NCBI GenBank assembly: GCA_017410525.1
Contig: JAFQQQ010000002.1
Location: forward strand, 205,591 to 269,590
Direction: 5' to 3'
DNA: 64,000 nt
Origin: Bacilli bacterium
GTDB lineage: Bacteria > Bacillota_I > Bacilli_A > RF39 > UBA660
Shown: one piece after another, positions 62,866-64,000 of the stretch
Layout of the letters: every line of letters starts with the position of its first letter
Numbering within the stretch: the first letter of the stretch is position 1
The notes under the pieces: generated by a model
Told to the model about the DNA's origin: nothing
The model's input: only the letters and a program-made list of their open reading frames with translations
Databases searched by the model: none
Translations under genes and position numbers: made by a program

Positions 62866-63867
62866 CTATTTCATATTATTTTTCAACCAACTATCTAAAT
62901 TGTCTTTTTTAGTATTACTATATTTACTTTTAGTGTTTATCGTTTCTGAATTTCTAAGAATTTCTTGTCTTTGCTTTTTCGAATCTGGAGTTGCATATAT
63001 CTCTGTTGATGTTATTGAACTATGACCTAGAAATTCTTTAACATATAAAAGCGGAGTTCCATTATTATACAAATGTGTTGCTTTGGTATGTCTAAAACTA
63101 TGAGGATGATAATTTCCATTGAATTTATCTGGATATATTAAATTTAATTTTAAAACTATTTTTTTAATCATTTTATTAATACTATATCTTGAATATTTTT
63201 TCTTATAATTAGAATAAAATAAATAATCATCTCCATAGTTAATATAAAATTCTTTTAAATATTTATTGATTAACTTTACTAATTCTTGACTGATAGGTAC
63301 AATTCTAGTTTTATTACCTTTGCCATATAAAGTAATACTTGCATTATCAGATAAATTTAAGTCATCTAATTTAATATTTATTAATTCAGTTACTCTTGCC
63401 CCTGTTTCATAAAGTACACATATCATCGTTAATTTTTTTAAATCTTTGATACTGTTTAAATAATTTATCATTGTTTTTATTTCATTTTCTGTAAAATATG
63501 ATATCATTTTATTAGGAACCTTTTTATTCTTAATACTAAGAATTTGAGAACAAGATCCAAATAAATCAGGTTCGTTTATTTGGACATACTTGTAAAATGA
63601 TTTTATACAAGCAAGTCTTTGGTTCCTAGTTTGTATTGAAACAGTTCTATCTGTTTCTAACCAATCTAGAAATTGGATTATTACTTCCTTAGTAATTGAT
63701 TCAATTTCTATTTTATTTGGTTTAATATTTTTTTCTTTATTCATAAATTCTAACAACAAATAAAATGTAGTTGAATATGATGATTTAGTGTTCATTGAAT
63801 AATTACATTCACCAATTAAATAACTTGTAAGAAATTCTTGAACTAATTTACTAAATCTATTAGTCAC
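62866..63867 (-). CDS. Tyrosine site-specific recombinase (XerC/D / phage-integrase family)
   Basis: SAM-like N-terminal domain. ETGARVTEL (catalytic Arg context), HSFRHTKATHL (HxxR), LGHSSITSTEIYA (catalytic Tyr). GTG start. Confidence 0.85.
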   Translation of the reverse strand: MTNRFSKLVQEFLTSYLIGECNYSMNTKSSYSTTFYLLLEFMNKEKNIKPNKIEIESITKEVIIQFLDWLETDRTVSIQTRNQRLACIKSFYKYVQINEPDLFGSCSQILSIKNKKVPNKMISYFTENEIKTMINYLNSIKDLKKLTMICVLYETGARVTELINIKLDDLNLSDNASITLYGKGNKTRIVPISQELVKLINKYLKEFYINYGDDYLFYSNYKKKYSRYSINKMIKKIVLKLNLIYPDKFNGNYHPHSFRHTKATHLYNNGTPLLYVKEFLGHSSITSTEIYATPDSKKQRQEILRNSETINTKSKYSNTKKDNLDSWLKNNMK

Positions 63868-64000
63868 CTAAATCACCCCCTCATATAAACTTTTAGAAAA
63901 AGTATCATTAGCATCGATAATTTTATTTTTATTATAATCAGTAAAATGAAGATAGTATTCTGTTTCATGAATACTTTTATGTCCCATATATTTATAAAGA
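63868..64000 (-). CDS. C-terminal end of a second tyrosine recombinase (5' part beyond the window)
   Basis: My reverse-complement translation is ...LYKYMGHKSIHETEYYLHFTDYNKNKIIDANDTFSKSLYEGVI*. It shows the LGH...T..YxH catalytic-Tyr motif. The TAG stop (63868-63870) abuts the GTG of the downstream recombinase. Confidence 0.7.
   Translation of the reverse strand, partial: LYKYMGHKSIHETEYYLHFTDYNKNKIIDANDTFSKSLYEGVI

Larger units (their letters stand above)
55807..64000. mobile_element. Integrative-element-like accessory block (HTH, ParB-like, Rep-like, XRE, MazF, csp, sigma-like, CAP, tandem tyrosine recombinases); right end beyond the window, left end not defined
   Basis: The gene content is typical of Firmicutes integrative/mobilisable elements. 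Two adjacent tyrosine recombinase genes sit at 62866-64000, with clustered recombinase-type palindromes at 62748-62858. No flanking direct repeat was identified within the window. Confidence 0.55.

Overview
A 64-kb, very AT-rich chromosome segment of Firmicutes type from an endospore former (cotE, spoVAC-spoVAD-spoVAEb, CotF-like coat genes). It carries about 75 genes, almost all on the + strand. No rRNA gene and no CRISPR array were seen.

Backbone genes:
- a dac-type penicillin-binding protein, a CBS-type family II pyrophosphatase, yqeG-yqeH
- an ABC-2 exporter and a run of nucleotide house-cleaning enzymes (2 Nudix, Maf, MazG-like, nucleotidase-like)
- ackA, an acyl-AMP ligase, a hybrid His-kinase plus single-domain REC
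- miaB and cotE, rpsP-KH-cdsA-rseP, a second ABC-2 exporter
- 7 tRNAs in three loci, a P-type ATPase, spore and stress genes, galE, spoVA, ppdK

Unusual parts:
1. 14.5-23.5 kb is the best candidate for an undescribed system. One promoter drives a leader that encodes a 48-aa peptide with six Cys, absent from the ORF track. The peptide's stop codon sits in the apical loop of a strong intrinsic terminator. Eight tightly packed genes follow: a truncated HD-RelA/SpoT-TGS protein with a divergent synthetase motif, an OB-fold class IIb aaRS paralogue with a degenerate motif 2, a B12-type radical-SAM enzyme, a second radical-SAM enzyme, a variant HAD, a SAM methyltransferase, an S51 peptidase-like protein and a class I LysRS.
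2. 40.1-41.8 kb sits beside tRNA-Ile/tRNA-Glu. It holds a 17-nt direct repeat of the tRNA-Glu 3' end, two inverted decayed copies of the tRNA pair, and two orphan ORFs.
3. 55.8-64 kb is an integrative-element-like block. It contains HTH, ParB-like and Rep-like genes, an XRE regulator, MazF with a non-canonical upstream partner, csp, a sigma-like gene, a CAP-domain protein and tandem tyrosine recombinases. It also carries recurrent TTATGTGGAA palindromes and a 20-bp inverted-repeat pair flanking 217 bp.
4. Two Fic-type genes: a RhuM-Doc fusion and a Fic protein whose motif His is replaced by Gln.

Functional calls rest on motifs read by eye and remembered family signatures. No database search was possible.
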